A stretch of DNA of 64,000 nt from Octopus vulgaris (Eukaryota). Below are positions 24,805 through 38,789 of this stretch, piece by piece; position 1 is the stretch's first letter; the number at the start of each line of letters is the position of its first letter. The stretch spans positions 36,828,001 to 36,892,000 of the forward strand of contig OX597839.1 of assembly GCA_951406725.2 (NCBI GenBank). The letters run 5' to 3'. The position numbers and the translations under genes were made by a program. The notes beneath the pieces were generated by a model. That model searched no databases and was not told where the DNA came from. It worked only from the letters and a program-made list of their open reading frames with translations.

Positions 24805-27800
24805 GAGACAGATAGACAGACAGACAGACAGTTGGATGAGTGGATAGGTTGACTGAATGATATATTAATAGGTGAATGAATGGTTTGTTAGCCAGCTATA
24901 ATGTTTTTGTTTAGTAGCTTAGTGAGGAGGAAGAAGTTGAGGCCATGATGACAGGTTCTACTGCCAGACTGCTGGGAAAATTGATTTAAGTGAATTACGT
25001 GAATTACTACAGGAAATTCCAGAGTTGATGAAGCCTCTGTGACAAAATGATTGGGCATAGCAAGGGTGAGATTATAGTATGGATGAAGAGAAACTAATGT
25101 GTGTGATGGGCTGGTGTAGACATGGTATGTATCAGCCTTGCTAGAAGAGCAGAGGCTGATGTAGCCATTGTTGGAAAGGCTGAATGAGAAGACAGTATTG
25201 CTGTGAGCAAGAGGTCAAAGTGTGTTGGTGACCAATTCTTTACCAATCAGTCAAATCTAATCTTCAAGCTAAAACAGTTGTCAAGTTTGCACAATAAAGA
25301 TCAGGGACAGTTGTTGCTAAGCCCCAAGTCAACTGTGATTTAACAGACCTCATATTAAATATATTCCACATTGACAATTTTGTCTTCTCTTTTTTTTTTT
25401 TAAGATGGTGTATAAGCAATGTAATGTGCTCTAAGAACACTAAGGTATGATATAGGTTGAATAGCTACAAATAAACTCATTCATTGAACCATTAACAGGA
25501 TTGTCTGTTAATAGAGAGTTATCAAGTAAGAGACTTTAGTTGAAACTCCCAAATAAATTTTCTTAGTGCAGCTTTATTATATTCCCATAAGAAACAGTGA
25601 CTCACCTCACTAGGTCTCAATTGTTTTCAAAGACATCATGATAGAACAATGCTACAAAAACCCTAAAATAAATGGGATGTGTGAAACATTCATAGCCATG
25701 CTTGATTCAGTCAATAGAAGAATGAAAATCTTTCTTCATCTTCTGTCCATTCACAAACAAGGAAATGACTATACTCAATATGCAGGAAAGGAGTAGGTAG
25801 AAATTCCATATAGTGTACTTAGTGTAAACTAATAAGGCAGAAATAAGTGGCATAGTGGCATCACAGCAGACTAACAAAATGTAGACTTCAGGTGCACAGA
25901 GGCAATTAGCATTAAGGTTACATGGGAAATACTTTTTCTCGATGCTTAGAAGGCTGACTGGAAGTAGGTAGTAGCTGTACCCAGGTGATCCCCTTAACAG
26001 TTGCCCTCTTTTGTTGGTCTCCTAGCCCTAAACAAATAGGCCTCATAGAGAAGAGAGGTCTCTTTTATCTTGTGGGGTACAAGCCAACTTCAATACTGCT
26101 GTTACCACAATAAAATCCACCCAGTACACTCTGTAAAGTGGTCAATGTTAGGAAGGATATCTAGCCATAGAAACTTACCAAAACAGAAAATATGAACAAA
26201 AGGTTGTCTCTTGACCCATCTAGAAGTGCATTAATTCAGAGCAGGAGTGAACATGATTACAATGGCTTCAAGAGAAGGACACCAACTATCCCCTCTAATG
26301 ACTTGGCTTTATGATCAGAAATTCCACTGCGTTAAGGCTTGAAAACCTGCCTACAGCTCACTAACTGCATCATCTCCATGCACTTCCCTATTCCAGTCAA
26401 GCAGCATACAACATTCTTCAGTGTGCATGATCCTATTCTTGAAGCAAATTCTGCAGATGAGGAAAAGTGTTATATTGATTTTCACAACCTCATAGAACTT
26501 ACCATCCTTAGGACTTCAACGCTAGAATAGGCCATGATTCCAAAGGAAGTCTAGAAGGAGCATATGATAACCATGTTGTTGGAAACTAATAACAATGAGC
26601 ATTCTCTTTTAGCAAAAAGATAGTTTGAGCACAACCTGGATGCATCTTCATTCCATGCATTGGCAACTGTTAGATTACATTTTGGTATGTTAAAGACACC
26701 CTCAAGAAGTCTTATACACCTAAGTAATATCAAGTTTAAGTGCAATACAGATTAAGATTTTGTCTACTGCAAATTTAGACCCCATTTAGTTGCATGATCA
26801 TATAGATGGAAAAATGACAGGATGTGTGAAGATGCTGGCAAGAGTGGAAAGAAGGATGAAAAAGAGAGAAATGAAGAGAGTTCAGATATAGTGGGAAGGA
26901 AAAGTTGAGATCATGCATGGAAAAATTAATGGAAGAGATTGTTAAAGAATCAACAGAACCACCTTTTCCACTATTTCAACACAACTGCCATAACCACATC
27001 ACCACATCAAATATCAACCACACGTTAAACGATGATGATGATGATGACCACCAAACCTCATTATACCAGCACCAGACCACTATAACCACACTACCAGGTC
27101 ACCACATATCACTACAACACTATCTGCACTAGATTACCACTTCTCTCTTTCTTCCTGAAGTGTGTAATATACTTGTCTCCTCCCTTGCATCTCCACACCG
27201 CTACTATTGATAAAGGAAGGAAGGTTTGAGTGCACAGGTAAGTGCATGGTGAGGGAGGGTGGTAGTGTTATGGGAGAGGTATGATGGTAGAGAAAGAAAG
27301 AAGAAAAAGAAATAGCTGATGAGAGAAAGAGGTGATAGAGTAGAGTGTGGTCAATGGTTGAATAATAACTGTGACTGTCATAACAGTAATTAGTGTTGTG
27401 AGGCTTAACTGAAGTCAGTCTGTCCCTCATCATTACTGTTCAATGCGATGGAATGGAAACACACATACACAGAGGCTAATAACTGTCACCAACAACATCA
27501 GCATACCTTTATACACACCTGACATACTGCACATATCTAACAATATCACCACCTCTACTATACACACCTGATATACTGCACACTGACTGACTGTCACTAT
27601 ATCACATTAAAGAGTGTGTGTGAGAGAGAGAGAGACACACACACACACACATAACCAGAAACTGACAGATCAGAAGACAAGGTATGATATCTTTTCACAG
27701 GTTATTTAAACCTCCAACACTCCTGTTGATGTCGTTAATGCATCATTTTACACACACACACAAGCCTCCAATGTTTGCCTTAATCACACTACTTTTACTC

Positions 27801-28357
27801 ACACCTCACTCTCTGTTCTACTATACTTCTCTTCTATCTCCAAGTCTCTTTTCCTCCTCCTAAATATTTCTCATATCTAACTGCCTCTCTACCTCACTCC
27901 ACTTCGCTCTCTCTCACAGACAATCATCTCTCCCCTCTGTCTTTGATACTATTTTCTCCTTTCTCTCCCTCTCTCTCTCTCACACTAACCCTCCATCTCT
28001 CTCTTACTCACTTTAACACTGCCCCTCACCACCTCAGCATCTCCCCAACTTACCAATCAAACCTGATGCTGGTATCACAGCCAGTCAGACCCAATGGTGA
28101 CATAATCACACCTCTAGCGACAACACAGACACACGCATACATACACAGCGCACAACACTAGCAGCAGACTGCCACCACAACAACACCACCATCCATCCAT
28201 CATCATTACCACCATCATCCTCCGCTGATCACTTCCTTCATCTCTTCTTACCATAAACACAGTTTGCCGCGCTGGAGACTGCTTAGCAGGCATGTTTCTG
28301 CAGAAACATCATTGCTCACTCATTCCTCCCTCCTCCTCCTCCTTCCTCTTATCGCAG

Positions 28358-28479
28358 ATTCTTTGATTGACGACAAGGAAGGAAGGAAGGAAGAGACCAA
28401 AAAAAAAAATAAATAAAAAGCAAAGACAGAAAGAAAGAAGAAAAGTGCTAAAGAAAGAGAGAAAGATGGAAGAATCAGG
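28358..28479 (+). CDS. Putative exon of a downstream gene: 5'UTR plus ATG at 28466 (MEESG...)
   Basis: Branch-like tgctcac, long polypyrimidine tract and cgcag acceptor; cagg|GTAAGT donor; all frames closed upstream of the ATG; no downstream exon found. Confidence 0.35.
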
Positions 28480-30987
28480 GTAAGTTGAAGCTTTCTGTCA
28501 TCGAAATAGCAATTGATTTTCGTGTTTATATATCAAAATGTTGTGTATACATACATGTACATACACATACTATATAATCACAAAAGTAAATGACTAGCAT
28601 AACACAATGTACATAAAACTACACTAAATCTTCACACAATGTGTAAATGTGTGCAATGCATGTACACACACACACAGATACACATGTGTGTGTGTGCATG
28701 TGTGTACATGCATTGCACACATACAGGTAAAACAGCTGCTGCATAGCTACACTTTTGAATTTTCAAAAGATAAAAAACATGCACATCCAAATTAATTTCT
28801 CGTGTTTATCTTATGCTCATTGCAAGGGACAAGCCCATATACTTTTCTTCTAGTATTGCTCTCTATGCATATTATACCAATATCACTACATACACCAATA
28901 GCCCTATGTTTTTCATTACATCTGTTTACCTTTGAAATTATTTGGTTGTAGATAACAATGAGCTTAAGAAATGAACACACACACACACGTGTGTGTGTGT
29001 AAAACTAGACAGATAATATACTACAAAATGAGTATATGCACACATGAACCAATATAGGTGTACATACCTCAAAATGAACATGCATACATGTGTGTGAGTA
29101 TGAATGTAGCTAGAGAGATATACCACAAAATGCTACAGGAGTCAAGGCTTAGTAGTTTATAGCAATAATTGGTGATTAGCTTCAGGTAAACCTAAAAATG
29201 AAGGCCTTTGATCAGAGGTATTCCAGCTCTGACCATCCAGTGAACTCCATTATCTAAAGTCTCCTTTCTGTTCTCAAGACAATTAGATGTAATTTAAAGG
29301 ATATCTTGCTGCTATTACTGGCAAGTTGAGCAACAAAGTAGATGCTCCCACGTTGTTTTGTAATACACATTGTCAGCCCTGATTAAGCAGATCTGTAATC
29401 AAAATATTTCAACCATAACTATTCTTATTTCTCTCTAAGACTATAGTAACAATACAGTCTGCCTTTTGTAAGGTAAAAGTGTGTGGTCAAAGGAATTTGG
29501 CTAATGTGATTTGGTAGAATCTGAGGGAATATTTCTAACAGGCTGAGTTACCATAAAGATAATATTTTGTTGATATGTAATAAAACATTGTTTTAAGTCA
29601 AGGTATCAAGTCTGATCCACAATCCTGAACCATACATATACAAAGCTGTACATAGAACACTGGATATGAAATGTGATTCAATGTGATTAGCAATAAGTCT
29701 ATTGTGATGTAATTTTTTATGTGTTGTGAAGCATTGTGTTGCAATGTGCTGTGATGCACTGTGATTCACAGTGATGTGTTGTAATGCATAAGTGATGTTT
29801 TGTGATGCAAAGTGACAGATGTATTGTAATGTGTTGTGTTGCCCCTTTCTGACAGATATTTACTAGTGTTTCAAGTCGACTAAAGCCAGTGTCATTTCAT
29901 CTGTTAACACAATATCTCTAACTTATTAAGACATCTCAACTCTGCACATGACACCCTCCCCCACCTACCTCCTCACTCTACTATCCAAGACTACCAAAAC
30001 ACCCTACTCAGTCTCTATCAAACCATTTTCTGGTACCTGTTTTGTCCAAGTCCTTCCTATGTCTCTACCTTTCTCTTGCCTTTTCTCAATTCTTGGCAAG
30101 AGGAAGAGAGGCAGACAGAGACAGGTGAAAATAGATAGAAAGTGGAATACATACTTTTTTATGTGAGAAACAGGAAAAGAAAGACCGACACAAACAGAAA
30201 GTAACAAAAGACAGAGAGAGAGAGAATATTGTAGACTGGGAGTTAGGGTGTATATATGCTGAAATAAGGGAAAGAGAGAGATGAGAGATACACACAGAAG
30301 CAGAGCTGGGGGAAGACGGAGAGATATAATACATAGATGTTGACAGAGAGGCACAGGTAGGAGGGAGTAAGTACTATTTTTACCAATGCTTTTCTTAGTT
30401 TTAATAAACTTAAATTTCTGCTAGATAAGAAATGTTTAAATTTTAATAGATTATTTAAATTTCACCTGAAGATCTGCATGCTATGTTTGATAATCTTATC
30501 AGTGGTGGAGATCCTATCAGTTTAAGAGCTCCATCCTCACCTTCCTCCTCAGTGAGGGAGAGGGAGAGAGAGGCAGAGGAAATGGTGTAATGAAGAGAAT
30601 TACAGTTTCAAATTGACAAATTTCTATTGTCAACATAGTTCTACAAGTTTCCACAGTAACAATTCTGTGTCAATTTTCTTTTATTACTTCCAATCTGTAA
30701 GTAGTGGCCATACTAGAGCATCACTGAGTTTGGTTTATTATAATTTTAAACTTACTTGATTAAGATATAATAGGAGCAATACCACTGGGATGAAAAATTG
30801 CAAATCAATTTCACTGCATAGTGGTAAGACCTTTTATCAGCTCACTCTTTCTGTAAAACAACAAGCATTATGAAGCATTAGACTTTTCTTTATCATGACA
30901 TAAAATGTATTCTACTGTTTCAACTATTCATATTACAAATGTCAGCAAATGGCGACACCATTAGTATCCTTGAATTCTACTGACAAG

Positions 30988-31085
30988 ACTATCTCAGGTG
31001 TGTATGTAACACAAGATATGACTCTCAGGCATGTGTGTAACAACACGTAACTATCTCAGGTGTGTGTGTAACACAAGATATAACT
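30988..31085. repeat. Three-copy ~32 bp minisatellite (actatctcaggtgtgtgtgtaacacaagat)
   Basis: Direct repeats visible. Confidence 0.8.
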
Positions 31086-31210
31086 AACTCTACAAAGTCT
31101 AGCACTACTACAATAAAATTTTGGCTGTTTACCCCAGACCAGCTCTAGGTTTCCCAACTCAAATACTGAGGTGGCTCTCCTCATTGTCTTAATATAGTGT
31201 TAATGATGTA

Positions 31211-31904
31211 TAAGAGATGGATTCAAAAAGTATATGATTTTATTTTTCCCACCAAAACAAATGCTGCACAGGCAAAATCCTTTGGGTGGGAGATGACATC
31301 ACCCATTCTGCACAGGTGTGAAAATTTTCGTGTTGGTAGGCAGCTAGATTACAGACATGTAGTGTGTGCTCATCATTTTCATTTTCATGCAAGGTGACTG
31401 AATGCATCAAGCAGAAACCCAAGTGCTTATTCTCACTTGGTGAGTAATTTCCTGGATTGTTACACAATGGTCTTCCATGATTATGCATTGAATCTTCTCA
31501 ACCAGTTTCTTATTTTGGCTTTTGAATGGCCTGCTTGAGTATGCCTCACTCTCTGCTGAGGTGTGGTCATGTTTGAAGCAGTTGTACCACTCCTTGATCT
31601 GAGTTTTGCCCATAGCATTGTTGCTAAAGGTCTTCTGAATCTTCTGGATAGTTTGAGCTTAAGCATCAGCAAGCTTTTGGCAAAACTTAATGTAATATCT
31701 ATAGTCAAAGAATTTGGTAAAAATGAAAATCTGACAAGTGCTTACTAATTGGTATAACAGCCAGGAACTGACAAGGCCTACCAACATGAAAATTTTCATG
31801 CATGCACAGAAGGGTAGTGTTACTTCCCACCCAAAAAATTTTGCCCAGGAGGCATTAGTTTCGGCAGGAAAATATAAAGTCGAATACTTTTTGAATGCAC
31901 CTTG
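31211..31904 (-). mobile_element. Internally deleted mariner element with ~130 bp imperfect TIRs and flanking TA
   Basis: Minus frames: ...YIKFCQKL...MGKTQIKEWYNCFK...SSRP...IMEDHCVTIQEI (mariner HTH region); both ends read ~TA-CAAG(G)...ATTCAAAAAGTAT inward. Confidence 0.85.
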
Positions 31905-32789
31905 TAAAATATCTAGATAGACTCTACACTCTTAACAATGTATATTTCTATCTAGAAGAACAATAACTATGACACAAAGTATGTACAGTTCAAACTTCAC
32001 TATCTCTCTAGGAACCATCAAGTTGGTGAAATTATATTCCAAACTCTTCATGTCATCCGTAGTCTATATTTACAATATACATAAATTTAAAAGCATGTCA
32101 TTCAACATCTTATGACCCGCTGTTTAACCTTAAAAACATTAATCATAAATCCCAAGACACATGAAAATGCTAGACTCCTGTGTTCTATTTTTTTTTTTTT
32201 TTGTAATGAAAGTAATAACAGTAATAAAAACAAGTACTTTTTTTTTTTAACAGTAATCTTTTATTAATATAATACACACACACACACACATTTACAGTAT
32301 ATAATTACATACATACATACATCAGACAATGCTTCATGCAAGCTATATGCAAGTTCGACTCATATGAGAATAAGTAGGAGAAACAGAACCCAATACATGA
32401 GTAAATGTATTTTTTAATTTGCATTAAGCTACAAAATGCTAAAAGTTTCATGCATGGTACTTGCAAACTTGATATATTTATATTATTTTTACACATACAC
32501 ACATACAATAAACAGAAAGTTACAAAAGTATTCAAAAATAAAAATACATATGTATGTTTGCATATAGTCTCTAGAAGATGAAGTTAATATGCAATAAAAT
32601 TGTAACAAAATCAAATCAATATTGTTCAACAATGAGCAGTGTTTCACCACAATGAAATCAGTTAAAAGTTATTTCTATAATTTTCCTTTGTTCAAACTCA
32701 TCCCAAATATCTTAGTGAGTTATACTGTAGTCAGGAAGCACTCTAATAGATAAAGGGGTCAAATGGAATAATATTCTACAGAAACTCTT

Positions 32790-33460
32790 ACGAGGTGATG
32801 AGAAGAGAACAAGACCTTTGGAGATACGCTGTGCTTGAGAAGACCTGGCAAACCAAGTGAGACCATAACCGTAGCCTATGCCAGTGCAGTATAACTGGCC
32901 CATTTAAGAGTACCCTTCAATCATGGGGCAATAAACTGTGCTTGCGAAGACCTGTTGAGTCAAGTGAAGTTGTTGTCGTGGCCAATGATAGTACCTATTT
33001 CTTTACTACCAACAAGGGGCTAAACACAGAGGGGACAAACAAGGACGGACAAACGGATCAAGTCGATTACATCGACCCCAGTGCGTAACTGGTACTTAAT
33101 TTATCGACCCCGAAAGGATGAAAGGCAAAGTCGACCTCGGCGGAATTTGAACTCAAGAACGTAACGGCAGACGAAATACCACCTGATTGGCACCCTTGCC
33201 AGTGGCATGTAAAAAGCACCATTCGAGCGTGATCATTGCCAGTGCTGCCTGACTGGCTCCCATGCTGGTGGCACATAAAAAGCACTATTCAAGCATGGTC
33301 GATGCCAGTGCTGGCTGACTGGTCCCGTGCTGGTGGTACGTATAAAGCACCATTCAATTGTGGCTGCTGCCAGTGCTGCCTGACTGGCTCCAATGCCGAT
33401 GGCACGTAAAAGACACCATTTAAGCGTGATCAATGCCAGTGCCACCTGACTGGCCCTCAT
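32790..33460 (+). mobile_element. RTE ORF end and 3'UTR repeats, interrupted by a SINE, lacking the tail
   Basis: DLWRYAVLEKT ORF end followed by ~60 bp UTR repeats (gtgctggtggcacataaaaagcac). Confidence 0.8.
32996..33180 (-). mobile_element. Young Deu/Nin-like SINE nested in the RTE copy (5'-truncated)
   Basis: Close reverse-complement match to 53068-53281. Confidence 0.85.
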
Positions 33461-33489
33461 GTGTAATTCAAGGGTCAATTTTATTTTGT

Positions 33490-34330
33490 TCCTTTCTCTC
33501 TTCCTTCTAAACATCAATGATCTACTTGCAGTCTTGTCCATACAAATGACACAAATCTTCATTTCTCCTTAATGTTTTTGAACCATGTGTCAACCATATG
33601 TCAAATCTGCACTAATCCCATGAAAGAAAACCTCAAAAGTATCCTCCAACAAAACCATGTCAATCTTGTCTCTTAAAAATAAAAAAAACCTCAAGTGCTA
33701 TTCATATGAAGAACCACATCCCTCCTAAATCTGAAAGACACTCAGCTAGAGCCCTTACAATTATTCCGAATGCTAGTTCTGGCTATTATTGAGGATCTCA
33801 CAAGGTAAAAGTATGTCCTTAATATATCTTAGACAGCACACCAAAGACTAGCTCTTTGCTTTGTGGTTAAAAAATATTTCAGCCACCAACTGCTGATGTT
33901 CTACAAAGCACAAGTGAAGTTCGCAGAGTATTACTCCCATGACAAAGACAGTGCTGCTACTATGCACATATATATCCAAGACGGTTACCAGAGAAAGGCC
34001 ACTCAACTTACTGGCATTAAATCATTTACAGATATGCTTCAGCGTCTGGCCTACATGTGTGCTAACTCCGTCTTTTCAATCACAACATAATGGTTTCTGT
34101 TCCTCAGAACTGGCTGATTTGGTACAGCCGTTGCTCAGGCACTCCTGACTCATCTCCACTTCTTGTCACTTTTTTTGTGTACAATATCCCAGGTTCCCTA
34201 CTAATCATTAAGCTCAGTCCTTCTGCCCTAGAATATAAGTTCTCTGGAAACTTCTCCCTGCTCATGTCTTCCTTGTCAGTGTTGACTTGTAACAGTTTAA
34301 ATGTAACATTAAAGCTACCTAACTCACTGG
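33490..34330 (+). pseudogene. Highly decayed CR1/L2-like LINE 3' fragment
   Basis: Remnants such as LLMFYKAQVK..EYYSH and QRKATQL resemble the YKAQVRP.LEY..H / QRKA motifs. Confidence 0.45.
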
Positions 34331-36451
34331 CTCAGAGAGGTGTGTAATGTCATGGCTTCTACCTCTTCTTCTAGATTCAGCAGAGAAAAAAAAAGGTGAG
34401 AAAAAAAGATGACAAAATGCAGTGAAATATCAATAAATTAGATTTCAAAGTAACTAGTAATGGCATTCTTTGTTGGCAAACATTTTTATTTGGTAAAATA
34501 GAGCAATTATTTTAAGTTTGTAGGTCATTAGAAGAAAAATTCTGACTTTAGAATAAATTGTGATGTGATGGTAGAAGGGGTAAGGGGAATATGACAGGAA
34601 GCTGAGAGGAACTCAATAGTGATGAGGTGCCAGAGAGGAACATTATAGTGATAATGTGGTACAGAGGTAAGAAAGGAACACCATGAACTATCGGTGACAA
34701 TTTTGGAACATTTAATTCTGTTTCAAATCCCTCCTGTTCTAATACAGCTGTTCCTCCTTCACAAGTCACATCAATTAACTACAAAATGAACAACCAATTA
34801 ATATATGAAACATCAATCAAGCTAACTAGGGAGTCTCTATGTAGTCACTTGACCTGTTAGAAATAGCACTCAAATCTTTAAATCACTCCTGGTTGGTTAA
34901 AAAAAAGAAGAAAGAATGAAGTTCTAGGTATATAATGGATGGTCATGAGTGGAATCTCTTTGGTTGACTTGAGGCTAGACAACGACAGTCACTATGACAA
35001 AGCCTACAATAGTAAACAAAATCAACCTCAAGTGAAGAGAAGACATATGAATCCAAATGAGATTTGAACTTTGATCACAGAAGAACGAAAGTTAAATTGC
35101 CTGGTACTTTGTCCAGCACAAACATCTCCAGAAGAAAACAGTATTCTTCAAACAACATAATGTAGGTCTCACATGGTTCTCTGATTCATACACACAGAAC
35201 AAACAGGCAGATACAAATTACCTTCATTGAATTCCTGGCACGTCTGCATTAACATATATCTTCAAAACCATCAACAGCAGACCACCACCAATAGACCACC
35301 AACCATCAATAAAACTGCTACCACTACTATCTGCAGCAATAATTATAATTATTGGTACTAATCTCCTCACCTTACATCAACATGTGTGTGTATATGTGTA
35401 CATTGAGGATACACATGTACATACAAACAGTGCATAGCATTTATGCCAGTGAAAGTATGCTGGTAATATATATATCTATATGTGTGTGTATGCTGTGCTA
35501 TTCTGTTAATCATTAAGGTAATGTCTTTTCCTCACCACACATTTCTAATTAGAATAGCAATGATCACTGCATTAATTATGTTAACACTAACTTGTTCTTT
35601 TAAACTGTCAACATATTTAATATGGTTGTACTTTGTCATCAACACTATTATCTGTGCTATTGATCCAAGGCTCAACTTGATCGTAACACTGTCTTCTGTT
35701 ACTGGTAGACTGCATTTCAACTGCAACCATTACATCCTCTGTTTCTCTGAACAAACCCCACCCCTGTCTCCACCATCCAGCTGTATTCTCCTCTCGCTCA
35801 TACCTCTACAGCAGCCCTCAGCTTTCTCTACCATCACTCCTGTCTGTCTCTTGTCTACCTCTACCTATGCCTCATATTCTAAATCCCACTACTAGATTGT
35901 AAATCAACAAAAGAGCAACATGAATAGCTGGAAATCAGAGCTAAATCTCCATGAAATCATCACATTAATGTCTTAGGAAAAGACCTAGATACTCTATGTC
36001 TGAATAAAAGACAAGATAGTTATGGCTAGAACAGCTTTTATCACAAGCCAGCTTGATCAGAATAGCCCAAGAGCTAAACATTAAATAATAATGATACGTT
36101 AGATAACACAGTTGTAGATGTATTGTCTAAATATCTTTGATCATAGATAGGTCAGCTGAATCAGGATTGACCAGGGGTAAAAGAACGGCCACTATTGAAT
36201 CACTAAGGATTTATGTTCTCATTCACAACCAGAGAAAATAAAACAGGCTTAATAATAATAATTTAGAACACCCACAAAGTCCCCAACTTAGTGGTGGGAG
36301 GTACAATGGATTAGTCCTTAAGCATTAAGCTAATATGTTATTTTATGCCTCGCACCACCTAGGATAAAATGTGAAGTAGACTTTTGAACAATCTGAAATA
36401 CCACAAAGTATCTTGTATGATGTTCTGATTCTGCTACCCATTATCCACAAT

Positions 36452-36637
36452 GAAAAAGCACCCACTACACTCACGGAGTGGTTGGCGTTAGGAAGGGCAT
36501 CCAGCCGTAGAAACACTGCCAGATTTGACTGGGCCTGATGAAGCCTTCTGGCTTCACAGACCCCAGTAGAACCGTCCAACCCATGCTAGCATGGAAAACG
36601 GACGCTAAACAATGATGATGATGATGATGATGATGAT
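36452..36637 (+). mobile_element. RTE 3' tail copy
   Basis: aaaaagcacccactacactcacggagtggttggcgttagg...(gat)n. Confidence 0.85.
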
Positions 36638-37401
36638 TTCTTATACTGATACAAGAACTTATGGATGTGGGAGAGGAGAAGGAGAGTAATTCATGAATTT
36701 AATCTCCAATATTTATTATCTCACAATAAAGTGTCCAACACGTTACTGATACTCATTTCCTATTCTGATTAAATAAGGTCTTTGGACAAGGTGCAAGATC
36801 AAAAGAGTAAACTGAAACTCTCCAAATATATTACTGGTACTCATTGACATTGAAAGAATGAATGATAAAAGGTGACAACGGCAGGACTTCAAATCAGAAC
36901 TTACATGAATAAAATAAGATACTGCAAAGATTTCAGTCCAGTAGTCCTCTATCTTTGATAAATTTATCATTTTGTAACTATTGCTACCACTAATTTCAAA
37001 TATGGGTGGAGGTTTTGCAACCTCATAATTCCAGGTTCAAACCCCCTTGTGAAATGCCTCGAGTAAGTATCCTCTACCACAGCATCAGCTTGACCAATGC
37101 TTTGTGAGTATTATGTAATTTGGTAGATAGGAACTGTGCAACAACCATTATGTGTGTGTGCGTAATCATTTTAGCATCCACTTTTCCATGCTTGCATGGG
37201 ACAGACAAGGTTCATTAAAGATTTTCAACAGCTAGATGCCCTTTCTGTTAACTTGTTTCCAAGTCAGATAATATTTTCCCATAGTTTGACATAATTTCAT
37301 GGAAAAGTAGAAATGAATGACACTGCTTGTATGATGGTGGCAATAAATCACTACACTCATTCAACGTAAGGGCAAGAAAACACACACATGTACACACACA
37401 T

Positions 37402-38110
37402 AACAAACTCAGCTGGAGTGCCCATCTCAACGATAAGGTCGAGACAGCTCATAGGATGAGCTCCTGGATCCTAAGAACCTTCCGGTCCTGAGAACAAGGT
37501 GTCATCATTCCTCTTTTCTCTTCCTTTGTATGGCCACACCTCGAATACTGCTGCCCTTTGTGGTCTCCCCATACAAAACAAAACATTTCAAAAATCGAAT
37601 CATCCCAGAGGTTATTCACTAAAAGAATTAAGGGTATGACTGATCTCGATTATTGGGACTGCCTCAAAGCATTCGAACCCTATTCTCTCCAGCACTGCCA
37701 TGAGTGATACATCATTTGCACGATGTGAAGAATATACCACCAGCATTGCCCAAACAACCTCAACATTAGCTTCAAAATTCATCCAAAGCTAGGACCTTGG
37801 CCCATACATCCCCTACCCAATTCAGGATCACAACATATAAACACACTGCAACACAATTTCTTTTCATCAACAGGCCCTGCCCTATCTAACATTGTCGTGA
37901 AATAGATCAAAGAAGAAAAATATCCCATTACCTTTAAATGGAATCTAGACAAATTTCTTCAAGGAATACCAGATAAGCCACCTATACCTGGATACAACTC
38001 ACTCAACAAGAACTCCCTACTCAAACGGACCATGAAACCACAAGACTGTTAATTTAGATATGGCCTGGACCAAACTTTGGTCGAAACATAGCTAAGTTAT
38101 CTAAGTTATA
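37402..38110 (+). pseudogene. 5'-truncated CR1-clade LINE 3' end
   Basis: LSWSAHL...WILRTF...PHLEYCCPLWSPH...QRLFTKRIKGM..LDYW...YSLQ, with stops; short (ctaagttat) repeat tail. Confidence 0.85.
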
Positions 38111-38789
38111 CAATGTGCTTCTTTCAGTTTATATCTTTTGACAAACCAAGAACATTTCATATCTCCAAGTACTGTAATAGATATAGAAAAAGATTGATGT
38201 GAGCTTTGTAAAATATCAGTGTTGGGGGATGATGCATTTCCCAGCCCTGAAGAGAAATGCCAGTAGTCTTTGGAATGCAGTTCTAGTTATCTTATGGATG
38301 TGCTTTTTCAAAGTATAATAAGATCCAACAATTAGAGCAATTTTGAGGGCTCCAGCTAAATGCAGTATACAATTAAAGGTGCAATGGTTGCTTTTTTGAG
38401 TAACATTTGTGTCTTCTTGTTGCTGAAAGAGACAAGACTGGCCCAACACTATTAGAGGAAGCTTTTGAGGTTTCTGTTCATGAAGTCAAATGGATATAAA
38501 ACACATAAGAATTAAAAAGATATAGATTGAAAAAAAAAAAAATTAAGAACATTTGGGGTAACCCATCTTTATGTGGAAGAGAGATTATGAGCCAGTACGG
38601 TCAGAGTACCCTGTGACTTTTCCCACCTATATTCACTATGTTGAAATGGGTGCACCTAATGACACCATTTATTATTGCCACAAGGGCAATGGTTACAAAA
38701 TCAGTACTAATTTTATAATGAAACTGAATGAAATGCAAAGTGATGATAAATACAGTACACAATTATAATTATTCCCTGAGAAAATAATA

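Noticed and set aside
25500-26750. Possible ancient LINE RT relic (REGHQLSPL, NSADE)
   Set aside because: Motifs are too degenerate to support a call by eye.
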